Assembly: GCA_041694815.1 (NCBI GenBank)
Contig: JBGFSC010000045.1
Coordinates: forward strand, 35,807 to 99,806
DNA from: Elusimicrobiota bacterium
GTDB lineage: Bacteria; Elusimicrobiota; Elusimicrobia; UBA1565; JACRDR01
Direction: 5' to 3'
DNA length: 64,000 nucleotides
Shown here piece after piece: positions 47,822 to 57,673 of the stretch. The position numbers and the translations under genes are program-made. The number at the start of each line of letters is the position of its first letter. Position 1 is the stretch's first letter. Under the pieces are notes generated by a model that was given only the letters and a program-made list of their open reading frames with translations, had not been told where the DNA came from and did no database searches.

Positions 47822-48220
47822 CTAAGCGGCCTTCTTGGTCGAGAGGATGCTGGCGATGAGCTCGCGCAGCATCTTGGGGTCGAAGGGCTTCTGCACGTAG
47901 GCGGCCACGTTGGGCGCCATTTCGAAGAGGTCGCGCATCTTCTGCCCCTTGGCGGTCAGCACCAAGATGGGGATATGGCGCGTGCGATCGTCTTTTTGCA
48001 GCCTGCTGTTGAGGGTGTAACCGTCCATGACGGGCATCATGATGTCGAGGATGATGAGGTCGGGCAAGAGGGTCCCCGGCGCCGGGGGCTGCACGCCCAG
48101 CCGCTCCAAGGCGACCTGGCCGTTGGAGGCCTCCAGGATGGAATAGCCGTCCTTCTCAAGCACGAAGCGCAGCAGCGTGACGATCTCGGGCTCGTCGTCG
48201 ACGACCATGATGGTCGCCAT
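47822..48220 (-). CDS. Single-domain response regulator
   Basis: VVDDE, LDIMMP, LTAK, KPF. Confidence 0.9.
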   Translation of the reverse strand: MATIMVVDDEPEIVTLLRFVLEKDGYSILEASNGQVALERLGVQPPAPGTLLPDLIILDIMMPVMDGYTLNSRLQKDDRTRHIPILVLTAKGQKMRDLFEMAPNVAAYVQKPFDPKMLRELIASILSTKKAA

Positions 48221-48618
48221 CAGGGCGTTCCTCCTTTTCCGGAGAGCGCGCCCGCCACGAGCTCGCGCAGGCGCTTGGGGTCGAAGGGCTTTTCGATGTA
48301 ACCGGCTACGTTGGGGGCCATCTCGAAGAGATCGCGCATCTGCCCCTTGGCGGTCAGCACGATGAGCGGGATGGGGCGCGTGGCGGGGTTCTCCCGCAGG
48401 CGCATCGCGGCCGTGTAGCCGTCCATGACGGGCATCATGACGTCCATGATGACGAGGTCCGGCAGGGGAAGGTCCGGCTTGCTGGGCTCGACGCCGACGG
48501 CGGCGAGCGCCTCGGCGCCGTGAAAGGCCTCGGTGATGGCATGCCCGTCCTTCTCCAAGAGGAATTTAATGAGGGTGACGACGTCGCGTTCATCATCAAC
48601 CACCAGGATGCGGGCCAT
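48220..48618 (-). CDS. Single-domain response regulator (paralog of the adjacent gene)
   Basis: VVDDE, MDVMMP, LTAK, KPF. Confidence 0.9.
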   Translation of the reverse strand: MARILVVDDERDVVTLIKFLLEKDGHAITEAFHGAEALAAVGVEPSKPDLPLPDLVIMDVMMPVMDGYTAAMRLRENPATRPIPLIVLTAKGQMRDLFEMAPNVAGYIEKPFDPKRLRELVAGALSGKGGTP

Positions 48619-48653
48619 CGCGCGATTTTATTGTACTAAAAACACGCGAAGAT

Positions 48654-48701
48654 GGTGCCAGGGATTGACTTTCGCCTAGGCGAAAGTCAATCCCTGGCAC
48701 C
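48654..48701. repeat. 48-bp perfect palindrome, REP-like
   Basis: GGTGCCAGGGATTGACTTTCGCCT|AGGCGAAAGTCAATCCCTGGCACC. Confidence 0.85.
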
Positions 48702-48733
48702 GCCACTCCGGTCGGCGCCGCGTCCGTTGTTGC

Positions 48734-50530
48734 CTACGCGCCGACCGGCGTCTTGCTCAGGCGGCTTTCCAGCTCGGAGAGTTGGCGGCGGATTTCCGCG
48801 GGAAGGCGGGAGCCGAAAGCGTCGAAGAAGGACGAGAGGGCCTTGAGCTCGGCCATCCAGTCCTGCGGGCGCACCTCCAAGAGGCGCCGCATCGTCTCCC
48901 GCGGCACGTCGAGTCCCGCCAGGTCGAGGGCTTGGGGGGCGGGCGTCCAGCCGATGGCCGTCTTGGTCGCAGCGCCCTCCCCGCGGCAGCGCTGGAGTAT
49001 CCATTCCAGCACGCGTACGTTCTCGCCGTAGCCGGGCCATAGGAAGCGGCCCGATGCGTCGGTGCGGAACCAATTGACGTGAAAGATCTTCGGAGGCTTC
49101 TTGAGGCGCGTTCCCATGGACAGCCAATGGCCGAAATAATCGGCCATGTTGTAGCCGCAGAACGGCCACATGGCCATCGGGTCGCGGCGAACCTCACCGA
49201 GCTTGCCGACCTGGGCCGCCGTGCGCTCGGAGGCCATCGTCGCCCCTACGAACACGCCGTGCGCCCAGTTGAAGGACTGATAGACCAACGGCGCCAGGCT
49301 GGCACGCCGCCCGCCGAAGATGATCGCGGAGATCGGGACCCCTTGGGGATCATCCCAATGGGGGGAGAGGCTGGGGCATTGGGAAATCGGGGCCGTGAAG
49401 CGGCTGTTGGGGTGGGCCGCGGGAGCGGGCTTTCCGTCGCCGCCGGACGGCGGCCACGGCCGGCCGCGCCAATCCGTCGCGCGGGACGGGGCGGGACCCT
49501 CGCCCTGTTCCCACCATACCGTGCCGTCGCCCAACAGCGCGACGTTGGTGAACAGGGTGTTCTTGCGGACGGTCGCCAGCGCGTTGGGATTGCTCTTGGA
49601 ATTCGTGCCAGGCGCGACACCGAAGAATCCGGCTTCCGGATTGATCGCCCACAATCGCCCATCGGGGCCGATGCGCAGCCAGGCGATGTCGTCTCCCACC
49701 GTCCAGAACCGGTAGCCCTTGGCCTTTAGGCTCTCGGGGGGGACGATCATGGCCAGATTCGTCTTGCCGCAGGCGCTGGGGAAGGCGCCCGTGACGTATT
49801 CGACGTTGCCTTGGGGGTCTTGCACCCCCAGGATCAGCATATGCTCGGCCAGCCAGCCTTCCTGACGCGCCATCCAGCTGGCGATGCGCAAGGACAGGCA
49901 TTTCTTCCCGAGCAGGGCGTTGCCGCCGTAGCCCGAACCGACGCTCCAGATCGCGTTGTCCTCCGGGAAATGGAGGATCAGGCGCCGGTTGGGGTTTAGA
50001 TCCGCCTTGCCGTGCAGGCATTTCGTGAACGGACCGCTGCCGAGGGCCTTGAGGGCGCCTTCGCCCACCCGTGTCATGATGCGCATGCTCAGGGTGACAT
50101 AAATGCTGTCGGTTAGCTGGACGCCGATCTTCGAAAAGGGCGAGCCGAGCGGGCCCATCGAGAAGGGGATGACGTACATCGTCCGGCCGCGCATCGAGCC
50201 CTGGAATATCTCGCCGGCACGCCGATACCCCTCTTCCGGCGCCATCCATTGGTTGTTCGGGCCGGCGTCCTCGCGCCGGCGGCTGCAGATATAGGTGAGG
50301 TGCTCCGTGCGGGCGACGTCCTGGGGATCGGTGCGGTGGTAAAAGCAGCCCGGCAGCTTCTCGCCATTGAGGGCAAGCAACTCGCCGGTGGAGACCGCCT
50401 CGGCCTCCAGGCGCCGGGCCTCGGACTCGGAACCGTCGATCCATACTACATGATCCGGCTGGCAGAGGCGGGCGCATTCATCCACCCACGCCTTCAGCTT
50501 GGGGTTGCCGGCGACGTCCATGGCGCTCAT
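48734..50530 (-). CDS. pckG: Phosphoenolpyruvate carboxykinase (GTP)
   Basis: GSGYGGNALLGKKC, AFPSACGKTNLAM, GDDIAW, HPNSRF. Confidence 0.96.
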   Translation of the reverse strand: MSAMDVAGNPKLKAWVDECARLCQPDHVVWIDGSESEARRLEAEAVSTGELLALNGEKLPGCFYHRTDPQDVARTEHLTYICSRRREDAGPNNQWMAPEEGYRRAGEIFQGSMRGRTMYVIPFSMGPLGSPFSKIGVQLTDSIYVTLSMRIMTRVGEGALKALGSGPFTKCLHGKADLNPNRRLILHFPEDNAIWSVGSGYGGNALLGKKCLSLRIASWMARQEGWLAEHMLILGVQDPQGNVEYVTGAFPSACGKTNLAMIVPPESLKAKGYRFWTVGDDIAWLRIGPDGRLWAINPEAGFFGVAPGTNSKSNPNALATVRKNTLFTNVALLGDGTVWWEQGEGPAPSRATDWRGRPWPPSGGDGKPAPAAHPNSRFTAPISQCPSLSPHWDDPQGVPISAIIFGGRRASLAPLVYQSFNWAHGVFVGATMASERTAAQVGKLGEVRRDPMAMWPFCGYNMADYFGHWLSMGTRLKKPPKIFHVNWFRTDASGRFLWPGYGENVRVLEWILQRCRGEGAATKTAIGWTPAPQALDLAGLDVPRETMRRLLEVRPQDWMAELKALSSFFDAFGSRLPAEIRRQLSELESRLSKTPVGA

Positions 50531-50592
50531 TGTACTATAAACGGAGGAGTTCGAGCGGTTAGAGCCGTGACGTTTTTGCTAAAATAAAACAC

Positions 50593-51099
50593 ATGGCAAT
50601 CGAACAAACCTTGGTATTGGTCAAACCGGACGGCCAGAAACGGGGCTTGACCGGCCTCGTGATCGACCGTCTCGACGCCGCGGGCCTGGAGATGGTGGCG
50701 GCGAGGGTGGTGCGGGTGACGGAAGCCCTGGCACGGGAACATTATAAGGAACTGTCAGATAAACCGTTTTTCCCTAATCTGATCCGTTATATCCGAGGCG
50801 AATTCCACGGCTTGAAGCATCAGCAGGTGCTGGCCTTGGTCTATCAAGGAGAGGGCGCCGTCGCCCTGGTGCGGAAATTGGCCGGGGCCACGAACCCGGA
50901 GCAGGCCGATCCCCATTCCATCCGGGGCTCCTTCGGCCGCATCACGACCATGGGGCAATTCGAGAACGTGCTGCACGCGTCCGGGACGCCGGCTGAGGCT
51001 GAGCGGGAGGTCAAGCTCTGGTTCTCTCCGGAGGAGATACTCTCGCCCCTTTATCCCGTCGTCGAGAAGGGTCCGGCCAAGGCATGGGCCTCGCGTTAG
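50593..51099 (+). CDS. ndk: Nucleoside diphosphate kinase
   Basis: TLVLVKPDG, GATNP, SIRG, NVLHAS. Confidence 0.9.
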   Translation: MAIEQTLVLVKPDGQKRGLTGLVIDRLDAAGLEMVAARVVRVTEALAREHYKELSDKPFFPNLIRYIRGEFHGLKHQQVLALVYQGEGAVALVRKLAGATNPEQADPHSIRGSFGRITTMGQFENVLHASGTPAEAEREVKLWFSPEEILSPLYPVVEKGPAKAWASR

Positions 51100-51950
51100 C
51101 ACTAGGGCTCTCATTGTGCGCCGCCGCGCTCGCGGCGGAGCCTACACGCAGCACGGCCACGGCCGTCTCACCGGTTAAAAGGGCGCTGCCGGGCGAGCCC
51201 GTGGAGCTCAAGACCAAGGACGGCTGGACCCTGGCGGCTCGCTATCAGCCGGCCAAGGAGGGCCGGCCCACGGCGCTGCTCCTACACGCGGCGGGGGGGA
51301 AGAAGGAAGATTGGATGCCCTTAGTCCGCCTGATGAACCGCTCGGGGTACGGCACCTTTGCCCTGGACCTGCGCGGCCACGGCGAAAGCCTCATCGGCCC
51401 GGACGGGCAGCCGTCGCCGTGGCGCAAGTTCCAGGTTTCCAGGGGCCGCAATCCTTGGAGCCAGATGGCTTTGGACGTGGAGGCCGCCGTCGGTCATTTG
51501 CTCGGGCTGGGGCTGGCAGAATCCTCGATCCCCATCGGCGGCGCGGACTTCGGCGCCAGCCTCGCCCTCAAGCACGCCGCCACGCGAGCCGAGGCGCCGA
51601 TGGTGTTCCTGCTCTCGCCGGGGATGAGCTATAAGGACGTCAACATCGTCAACGCCGTCCGCGCCTTCGGGCCGCGCCCCATGCTGCTGGTCGTCGGCTC
51701 CGACGACCAGCGCTCCGTTCGGGAGGCCGCCGTACTCTTCGAGATCGCCAAGTACTCCATCGGTCCCGAGAACGCCTCCTTGATACAGGTCCATCGCGAG
51801 CACGGCACCCGCATGCTCTTCTTCAACAAGTCCCTTCCGGCCCGAATCGTGGAATGGATCGCCAATCCCGTTCGCGCGCCCGAGGGGGCCGCCGTTTCCA
51901 CGGACTCCGCGCAGCCCCCGGTCGCTCCATCGACGCCCCCGGAGGAGTAG
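51084..51950 (+). CDS. Secreted alpha/beta-hydrolase-fold protein
   Basis: Signal peptide, DLRGHGES, GADFGA elbow, LLSPG. Confidence 0.8.
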   Translation: MGLALALGLSLCAAALAAEPTRSTATAVSPVKRALPGEPVELKTKDGWTLAARYQPAKEGRPTALLLHAAGGKKEDWMPLVRLMNRSGYGTFALDLRGHGESLIGPDGQPSPWRKFQVSRGRNPWSQMALDVEAAVGHLLGLGLAESSIPIGGADFGASLALKHAATRAEAPMVFLLSPGMSYKDVNIVNAVRAFGPRPMLLVVGSDDQRSVREAAVLFEIAKYSIGPENASLIQVHREHGTRMLFFNKSLPARIVEWIANPVRAPEGAAVSTDSAQPPVAPSTPPEE

Positions 51951-51951
51951 G

Positions 51952-52857
51952 GTGGCGGCGGTGACGGCGCCTAGCGTCTATCGCCTCCTCGACACCGAAA
52001 GGCTCCATCCCGCGATCCGGGACCTCGACCTAAAAAGCTCCAAGGCCCTCGTGGGCCTCATCAACCGCGAGGACCGGCGCGTGGCGGCGGCCGTGGGCCG
52101 GCAATCGACTCGCATCGCGCGGGCCGTTGATCTTTTGGTCTCGGCGTTGCGCAAGGGGCGCCGGGTGGTTTTCGTCGGCGCGGGCAGCAGCGGCCGCCTA
52201 GGCGTGCTCGAGTCGGCGGAATGCCCCCCGACCTTCAACACCCCTCCGGGTCTTATCCGCGCCGTCATCGCGGGCGGTCCGCGGGCGGTGTTCGAGGCTC
52301 GCGAGGGGGTCGAAGATGACGAGGGGCAGGGAGCGCGCCGCCTGGGCCGCCAGGCCCGCGCCGGTGACGCCGTCGTCGGCATCGCCGCCTCGGGCGTCAC
52401 CCCGTTCGTGCGCGGCGCGCTGCGCCGGGCGCGCGCGATGGGCTGCCGGACGGTGCTAGTCACCTGCAACCGGCGCGGGGTCACGGCGCCCGCCGACATC
52501 GTCATCGATCCCCAGGTGGGGCCGGAGGTGATCGCGGGCTCCACGAGGCTTAAATCCGGGACCGCCGCGAAACTGGTGCTCAACACCCTGACCACCGCCG
52601 CCATGATCCGCCTGGGGAAGGTGCATGACCGCTGGATGGTGGATCTAAAACCCGTCTCGCGCAAGCTGCGCCTGCGGGCCATCCGTATCATCTCGGAGCT
52701 GGGAGGGGTCGGCGCGGCCAGGGCCGAGCTGCTGCTGGAGCGCTGCGGCCGCGAGGTCAAGACGGCCGTATTGTCGGCGCGATGCGATCTCTCTCCCGCC
52801 CAGGCGCGGGCGCGACTGAAGGCTGCGGGAACCCTACGCAAGGCCATGGCGCGATGA
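51952..52857 (+). CDS. murQ: N-acetylmuramic acid 6-phosphate etherase
   Basis: GAGSSGRLGVL, ECPPTF, GPEVIAGSTRLKSGTA. Confidence 0.93.
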   Translation: MAAVTAPSVYRLLDTERLHPAIRDLDLKSSKALVGLINREDRRVAAAVGRQSTRIARAVDLLVSALRKGRRVVFVGAGSSGRLGVLESAECPPTFNTPPGLIRAVIAGGPRAVFEAREGVEDDEGQGARRLGRQARAGDAVVGIAASGVTPFVRGALRRARAMGCRTVLVTCNRRGVTAPADIVIDPQVGPEVIAGSTRLKSGTAAKLVLNTLTTAAMIRLGKVHDRWMVDLKPVSRKLRLRAIRIISELGGVGAARAELLLERCGREVKTAVLSARCDLSPAQARARLKAAGTLRKAMAR

Positions 52858-53846
52858 AAGGGACGGTGCAATTCGAAACCATCGGCAGCCGACTGCTCAA
52901 GGGCAATCCGCTGGGAGATTCTAGGGTGCGCGAGGTGCCGGTCTATCTGCCCCCGGGTTTTGCCGCCTCCAAGCGACGGCGCTATCCCACGGTTTATTTC
53001 CTTCCCGGCTTCGGCGGCAATGCTCGGGCGGCCCTGAACACCCACCCGTGGCGGGACAATGTGGCCCAGCGCCTCGACCGGCTCATCGCCTCCGGCCGAG
53101 TGAGGCCCTGCCTGCTGGTGATCCCCGACTGTTTCACGCGCTACGGCGGAAGCCAATACATGAATTCGGAGGGAACGGGACGCTACGAGGACCATATCGC
53201 CGACGAGCTCGTCGGCTATATCGACGACAAGTTTCCCACCGAACGACTTCCTGAGGCGCGCGCGATCGTGGGCAAGTCCAGCGGGGGATACGGGGCGCTT
53301 CGGCTGGGCCTGCGACGGCCGAATTTGTTCGGCCACGTCGCCTGCCACAGCGGCGACATGTTTTTCGAGATGTGCTACGGCCTGGAGTTTCCGCGTTGCG
53401 TGAACGCCTTATCGAAATACGGCGGGAGTTTCCATGCCTTCTGGCGGGAGTTCTGCGCCTCCAAGCGGAGGGACCGTTTCCCGCACGAGCTCGTCAATCT
53501 CGCGGGCATGGCCTCCTGCTACTCGCCCAATCGCCGCAGCCCCGTCGGCTTCGACCTGCCCTTCGACGAGGTCACCGGAGAGAGGAAAGCCAGCGTCTGG
53601 TCGCGCTGGCTCGCCGAGGACCCGCTCGTCCTTGTCGAACGCCATCGCGCGAGCCTTCGCAAGCTCAAGACCCTCTATTTCGACTGCGGGGACCGCGACG
53701 AGTACTTCCTCCATTTGGGCGCGCGCGCGCTGCGGCGCCGCCTGCGCGAGTTGGGCGCGCGGCACGTCTACGAGGAATATCCTGGCGGGCATTTCGACAC
53801 GATCGACCGCTACGACGTCTCGCTGCGGCGGATATTTCCCGCATGA
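52854..53846 (+). CDS. Putative esterase (alpha/beta hydrolase)
   Basis: VYLPPG, YPTVYFL, GKSSGG nucleophile. Confidence 0.82.
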   Translation: MKGTVQFETIGSRLLKGNPLGDSRVREVPVYLPPGFAASKRRRYPTVYFLPGFGGNARAALNTHPWRDNVAQRLDRLIASGRVRPCLLVIPDCFTRYGGSQYMNSEGTGRYEDHIADELVGYIDDKFPTERLPEARAIVGKSSGGYGALRLGLRRPNLFGHVACHSGDMFFEMCYGLEFPRCVNALSKYGGSFHAFWREFCASKRRDRFPHELVNLAGMASCYSPNRRSPVGFDLPFDEVTGERKASVWSRWLAEDPLVLVERHRASLRKLKTLYFDCGDRDEYFLHLGARALRRRLRELGARHVYEEYPGGHFDTIDRYDVSLRRIFPA

Positions 53847-54952
53847 AGGGCCTCGCGCTGGGCCTGATGTCGGGCACTTCCGCGGACGGGGTGAGTTTGG
53901 CGCTTATCCGCGCGGGGGGAGATAGGCTCAAGGTGCTCGCGCACGCGACCTATCCGTATCCGGCAACGCTGCGCGCGCGCATCCTCAAGTCCTATCGGGC
54001 CTCGGCGACCGAATTGACGCGCCTTCATTTCGAGCTAGGCGCGGAGTTCGCGCGGGTGGCCGAGCGCTTCCTGCAGAAGAATCGCGTGCCCGCCGGGCGC
54101 CTGGCCGCCGTCGGCAGCCATGGGCAGACCGTCATCCACCTGCCGCGCTCGAGACCTCCCGCGACGCTGCAGATCGGAGAGCCTTCCGCCCTGGCCGAGG
54201 CGTTGCGGGTTCCGGTCGTTTCGGATTTCCGGCCCCGTGACATGGCGGCCGGGGGGGAGGGCGCGCCGCTGATGCCGTTCTTAGACGAATTCCTTTTCGG
54301 CCATGGCCCGATCCGCGCCCTGCAGAACATCGGGGGCATCGGCAACGTCGCCCTGGCGGGGCGGGGGGCTCCCGCGCTTGGCTTCGATACCGGCCCGGGC
54401 AATTGCCTCATCGACCTGGCCGTCCAACGGATGACGCGGGGAAGGCTCGCCTTCGACCGCGACGGACGGATCGCCCGGCGTGGCGTCATCGATCTCGATA
54501 AGACGGACCGGCTACTGCGCCTGCCCTATTTCCGCCGTCCTCCCCCCAAGTCCCTCGACCGCTCCGAGTTCGCCGACGCCTTCCTCCAGCGCCATTTCGC
54601 CACGGAGCTTCGCCGCCGGCCGCAGGACGCCGTCGCCACGCTTACGTATTTCACGGCCTTGAGCATCGCCGACGCCTACCGCCGGTTCTTCCCGGCCCGG
54701 GCCAGGCCGCGGGAGGTTGTCGTCAGCGGCGGCGGAGCGCTCAACCCCGTATTGATGGAGCATTTGGGCGAGTCGCTCGCGCCGCTACCCGTGCGCTCCA
54801 TCGAGCGCTTCGGGATGCACCCCTTGGCCAAGGAGCCGGCGCTGATGGCCTTGATGGCGCTGCGCGCCGTAATGGGGCTCCCGAACCATTTTCCCGCCGT
54901 GACCGGGGCCTCCGGCGCGCGCATATTAGGTAAAATAACCCCCCGGAGCTGA
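53843..54952 (+). CDS. anmK: Anhydro-N-acetylmuramic acid kinase
   Basis: GLMSGTSADG, GSHGQT, GGEGAPL, NIGGIGN, FDTGPGN. Confidence 0.95.
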   Translation: MKGLALGLMSGTSADGVSLALIRAGGDRLKVLAHATYPYPATLRARILKSYRASATELTRLHFELGAEFARVAERFLQKNRVPAGRLAAVGSHGQTVIHLPRSRPPATLQIGEPSALAEALRVPVVSDFRPRDMAAGGEGAPLMPFLDEFLFGHGPIRALQNIGGIGNVALAGRGAPALGFDTGPGNCLIDLAVQRMTRGRLAFDRDGRIARRGVIDLDKTDRLLRLPYFRRPPPKSLDRSEFADAFLQRHFATELRRRPQDAVATLTYFTALSIADAYRRFFPARARPREVVVSGGGALNPVLMEHLGESLAPLPVRSIERFGMHPLAKEPALMALMALRAVMGLPNHFPAVTGASGARILGKITPRS

Positions 54953-54954
54953 AT

Positions 54955-56289
54955 ATGAAGACCTTGGCCAAAAACGGCGTTTCGAGCGCCATCAATCTCG
55001 AGAATTTCTGGATGCCCTTCACGGCGAACCGCGCCTTCAAGGCCGAGCCGCGCCTCGTCACGGGGGCCAAGGGCGTCTACGTCAAGAACGAGAAGGGGGA
55101 GGAGGTCGTCGATGCCGCGGCCGGGCTCTGGTGCGTCAACGCCGGCCACGGCCGCGAGGAGATCGCCCAAGCCGTCTACGACGCCGTCCGGCAGCTCGAT
55201 TTCGCGCCGACCTTTCAGATGGGGCATCCGGGGCCCTTCAAGGTCGCCGAGCGCCTGGCCAAGATCCTGCCTCCAGCCCTCAACCGCATCTTCTTCACGA
55301 ATTCCGGATCGGAAAGCGTGGAGACGGCGCTCAAGATCGCGCTGGCCTACCATCAGATGCGTGGCGAGGGCTCGCGGACCCGGCTCATCGGGCGCGAGAA
55401 GGGCTACCACGGGGTCAATTTCGGCGGCATCTCGGTCGGCGGCATCGTCCGCAACCGGCAGTTCTTCGGCCCGCTGCTACCAGGCGTCGACCATCTCCCG
55501 GCGACCGTTTCAAAAAAGAAATTTGTCCGGGGCTTCTTCCCCGCTGACCCGTTCTTTTCCGATGAGCTCGAGCGTATCGTCAACCTGCACGGCCCTCGCA
55601 ACATCGCCGCGGTCATCATCGAGCCCATCGCGGGCTCGGCGGGCGTCTACCTCCCGCCGGAGGGCTATCTTAAGGCCATCCGCGAAATCACGCGCAAGCA
55701 CGGCATCCTGCTCATCTTCGATGAGGTGATCACGGGGTTCGGGCGCACCGGGGGCGGGGCCTTCGCGGCGCAGGCCTTCGGCGTGGAGCCCGACATCATC
55801 ACGATGGCCAAGGGGCTTTCCAACGGGGTGGTCCCCATGGGCGCGGTTGCCGTGCGCCAGGAGATCCACGACGCCTTCATGCAGGCCTCCGAGGGCATCG
55901 AGTTCTTCCACGGCTACACCTATTCGGGCAATCCCGTCGCCTGCGCGGCCGCCCTCGCGACCATGGAGATCTACGAGAAGGAGGGTCTCTTCGAAAGGGC
56001 CTCCAAGATCGCGCCGAAATTCCAGGACATGCTCTTCTCCTTCGCGGGAAAGCCCGGCATCGCGGACGTGCGCGGCATCGGTCTCATCGGCGCCATCGAG
56101 CTCGAGCCGCAGGGAGCTGCCGGCGCGGCCGGCATGAAGGCCTTCGTCTCGGCCTGGAAGGCCGGGGTGATGGGCCGCGTCACCGGCGACACCCTCGCGT
56201 TCTCGCCGCCCTTCATCATCGAAGAGGGGCACATCGAGAGAATCCGCCAGGTCTTCGAGGGCGTGCTCTCGAAGCAGTACGGCTGGTAG
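54955..56289 (+). CDS. Class III aminotransferase (omega-amino acid--pyruvate type)
   Basis: FWMPFTANR, GLWCVNAGH, IFDEVITGFGR, MAKG. Confidence 0.9.
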   Translation: MKTLAKNGVSSAINLENFWMPFTANRAFKAEPRLVTGAKGVYVKNEKGEEVVDAAAGLWCVNAGHGREEIAQAVYDAVRQLDFAPTFQMGHPGPFKVAERLAKILPPALNRIFFTNSGSESVETALKIALAYHQMRGEGSRTRLIGREKGYHGVNFGGISVGGIVRNRQFFGPLLPGVDHLPATVSKKKFVRGFFPADPFFSDELERIVNLHGPRNIAAVIIEPIAGSAGVYLPPEGYLKAIREITRKHGILLIFDEVITGFGRTGGGAFAAQAFGVEPDIITMAKGLSNGVVPMGAVAVRQEIHDAFMQASEGIEFFHGYTYSGNPVACAAALATMEIYEKEGLFERASKIAPKFQDMLFSFAGKPGIADVRGIGLIGAIELEPQGAAGAAGMKAFVSAWKAGVMGRVTGDTLAFSPPFIIEEGHIERIRQVFEGVLSKQYGW

Positions 56290-56295
56290 CGCCCT

Positions 56296-56311
56296 TAGGA
56301 CTTAAGTCCTA
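56296..56311. promoter_or_regulatory. Perfect palindrome TAGGAC-TTAA-GTCCTA (putative regulator site)
   Basis: 16-bp palindrome; related boxes at 37132, 37178, 56343 and 57720. Confidence 0.55.
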
Positions 56312-56409
56312 GAAAGGTTTAGGCCGAAAAAGCATCTCGAGATAGGCCTTTTGCTCCAGGCGTTCCTTGGTTTCCTCCATTAAAATGCAAGCAGCACAGG
56401 AGGAATACA

Positions 56410-56892
56410 ATGGAAAAGAAATTATGGATCGCAGCCTTGATCGTTGCTATTTCGCAGACTGCCGTTTTCGCGGGGGAGGAGCTCAGCGGCGCGGCGGCGC
56501 TTTCGCAGGAAGCCGTGGCCGCGGCCTCGGCGGGCCAGTTGGAGGCCGGCAGCGCCTTGGGGGCGCAGGCCTTTGAGCAGGCGACTGGGAAGGGCGTCGT
56601 CAGCGCCGTCACAGCGGGGGCAGGCTCAATCGGCCGCTCCGCGCGTGTCGAGGCATCGGCAGGCGTAGGCCGGAAACAGCGGCATGGCGCCCTCGTGGCC
56701 CGGCCTGAAACCGCCTCCTCCGGACAAGGGCTGAGGGCGAAGGCAGCTGGAATGCTTTCGGGAAATAGGATCATGCCAACGCCCTACGGATGGATCGCCA
56801 TCATCCTAGGCGTCTTTGCGGCCATCTATACTGGAAACATGGCCTTTCTCTTACTTGCGGTTTTGGGCCTTTTCAAGGCGCAAGGCAAATAG
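56410..56892 (+). CDS. Secreted/membrane-anchored hypothetical protein
   Basis: Signal peptide and C-terminal hydrophobic hairpin; RBS AGGAGG. Confidence 0.7.
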   Translation: MEKKLWIAALIVAISQTAVFAGEELSGAAALSQEAVAAASAGQLEAGSALGAQAFEQATGKGVVSAVTAGAGSIGRSARVEASAGVGRKQRHGALVARPETASSGQGLRAKAAGMLSGNRIMPTPYGWIAIILGVFAAIYTGNMAFLLLAVLGLFKAQGK

Positions 56893-56902
56893 TCCCGTAG
56901 CG

Positions 56903-57673
56903 ATGCCTGCAAGGCTAGGCATACTCCTCCTGCCCTTCTTGTTCTGCGCGCCGAGCGCGCTAGGGCAGGAGGAGACGCCTTCGGCGGGCATGCTCGTCTC
57001 GGCGCGTTCCCGTTTAGCCCAAGTCGGCCGTCCGGTCGATAAAGTCCTCGACGACGCGTTCTACGGCGCGTTCAAGCTCATCTACGGCAAGCGTTTGTTG
57101 GCTCCCACGGAACAGATCGAGCGCGTCTTCCGCGAGATATTGGAGGCCAATGGGATCCAAGGGCTCTATCCGTGGCGGCTGCATTACGTCGACGATCCCC
57201 TGGTGAACGCGGCGGCTTTTTCCTACGGCCGCGTGTATCTCTTCGACGGGCTCATCCAACGCGGGCTTACCGAGGAGGAGCTCGCCGGCATCCTCGCGCA
57301 CGAGATCGCGCATGTGCTGCGGCATCATCTCCGCCATAAGATGCAGTTGCTGCTGGGGCTTAGCGCTATCGAACCCCTCGCCGCGTGGGTAGAGGCCAAT
57401 CTCGGCGTCCCGGGCCAGGCGCGATACGCGCTCTCCGCCGCGGAGGCGTTCTACTTTTTGCATATGACCCGCGACGCGGAGCGCGACGCCGACGCGATGG
57501 CCCTGCGCCTCTTGGAACCCACGACTTTCCGTTGCCTGGCGTTGAGCCGCGCCCTCAAGAAATTATCCTCTGGCCCAGAGAGCTTCGCCGACAAAATCCC
57601 GGTTTACCTCAAGACACATCCTTCGATCGCCGAACGGGTCGAGGAGACCCGCGCCTACTGCGCCCCCCGATAA
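56903..57673 (+). CDS. M48-family metallopeptidase
   Basis: VNAAA, ELAGILAHEIAH, ERDAD, THPSIAER. Confidence 0.88.
   Translation: MPARLGILLLPFLFCAPSALGQEETPSAGMLVSARSRLAQVGRPVDKVLDDAFYGAFKLIYGKRLLAPTEQIERVFREILEANGIQGLYPWRLHYVDDPLVNAAAFSYGRVYLFDGLIQRGLTEEELAGILAHEIAHVLRHHLRHKMQLLLGLSAIEPLAAWVEANLGVPGQARYALSAAEAFYFLHMTRDAERDADAMALRLLEPTTFRCLALSRALKKLSSGPESFADKIPVYLKTHPSIAERVEETRAYCAPR

Noticed and set aside
48654..48730. Possible tRNA (begins TGGTGCC like a tRNA 3' end on the minus strand)
   Set aside because: No T-loop or anticodon arm; it is a perfect palindrome.
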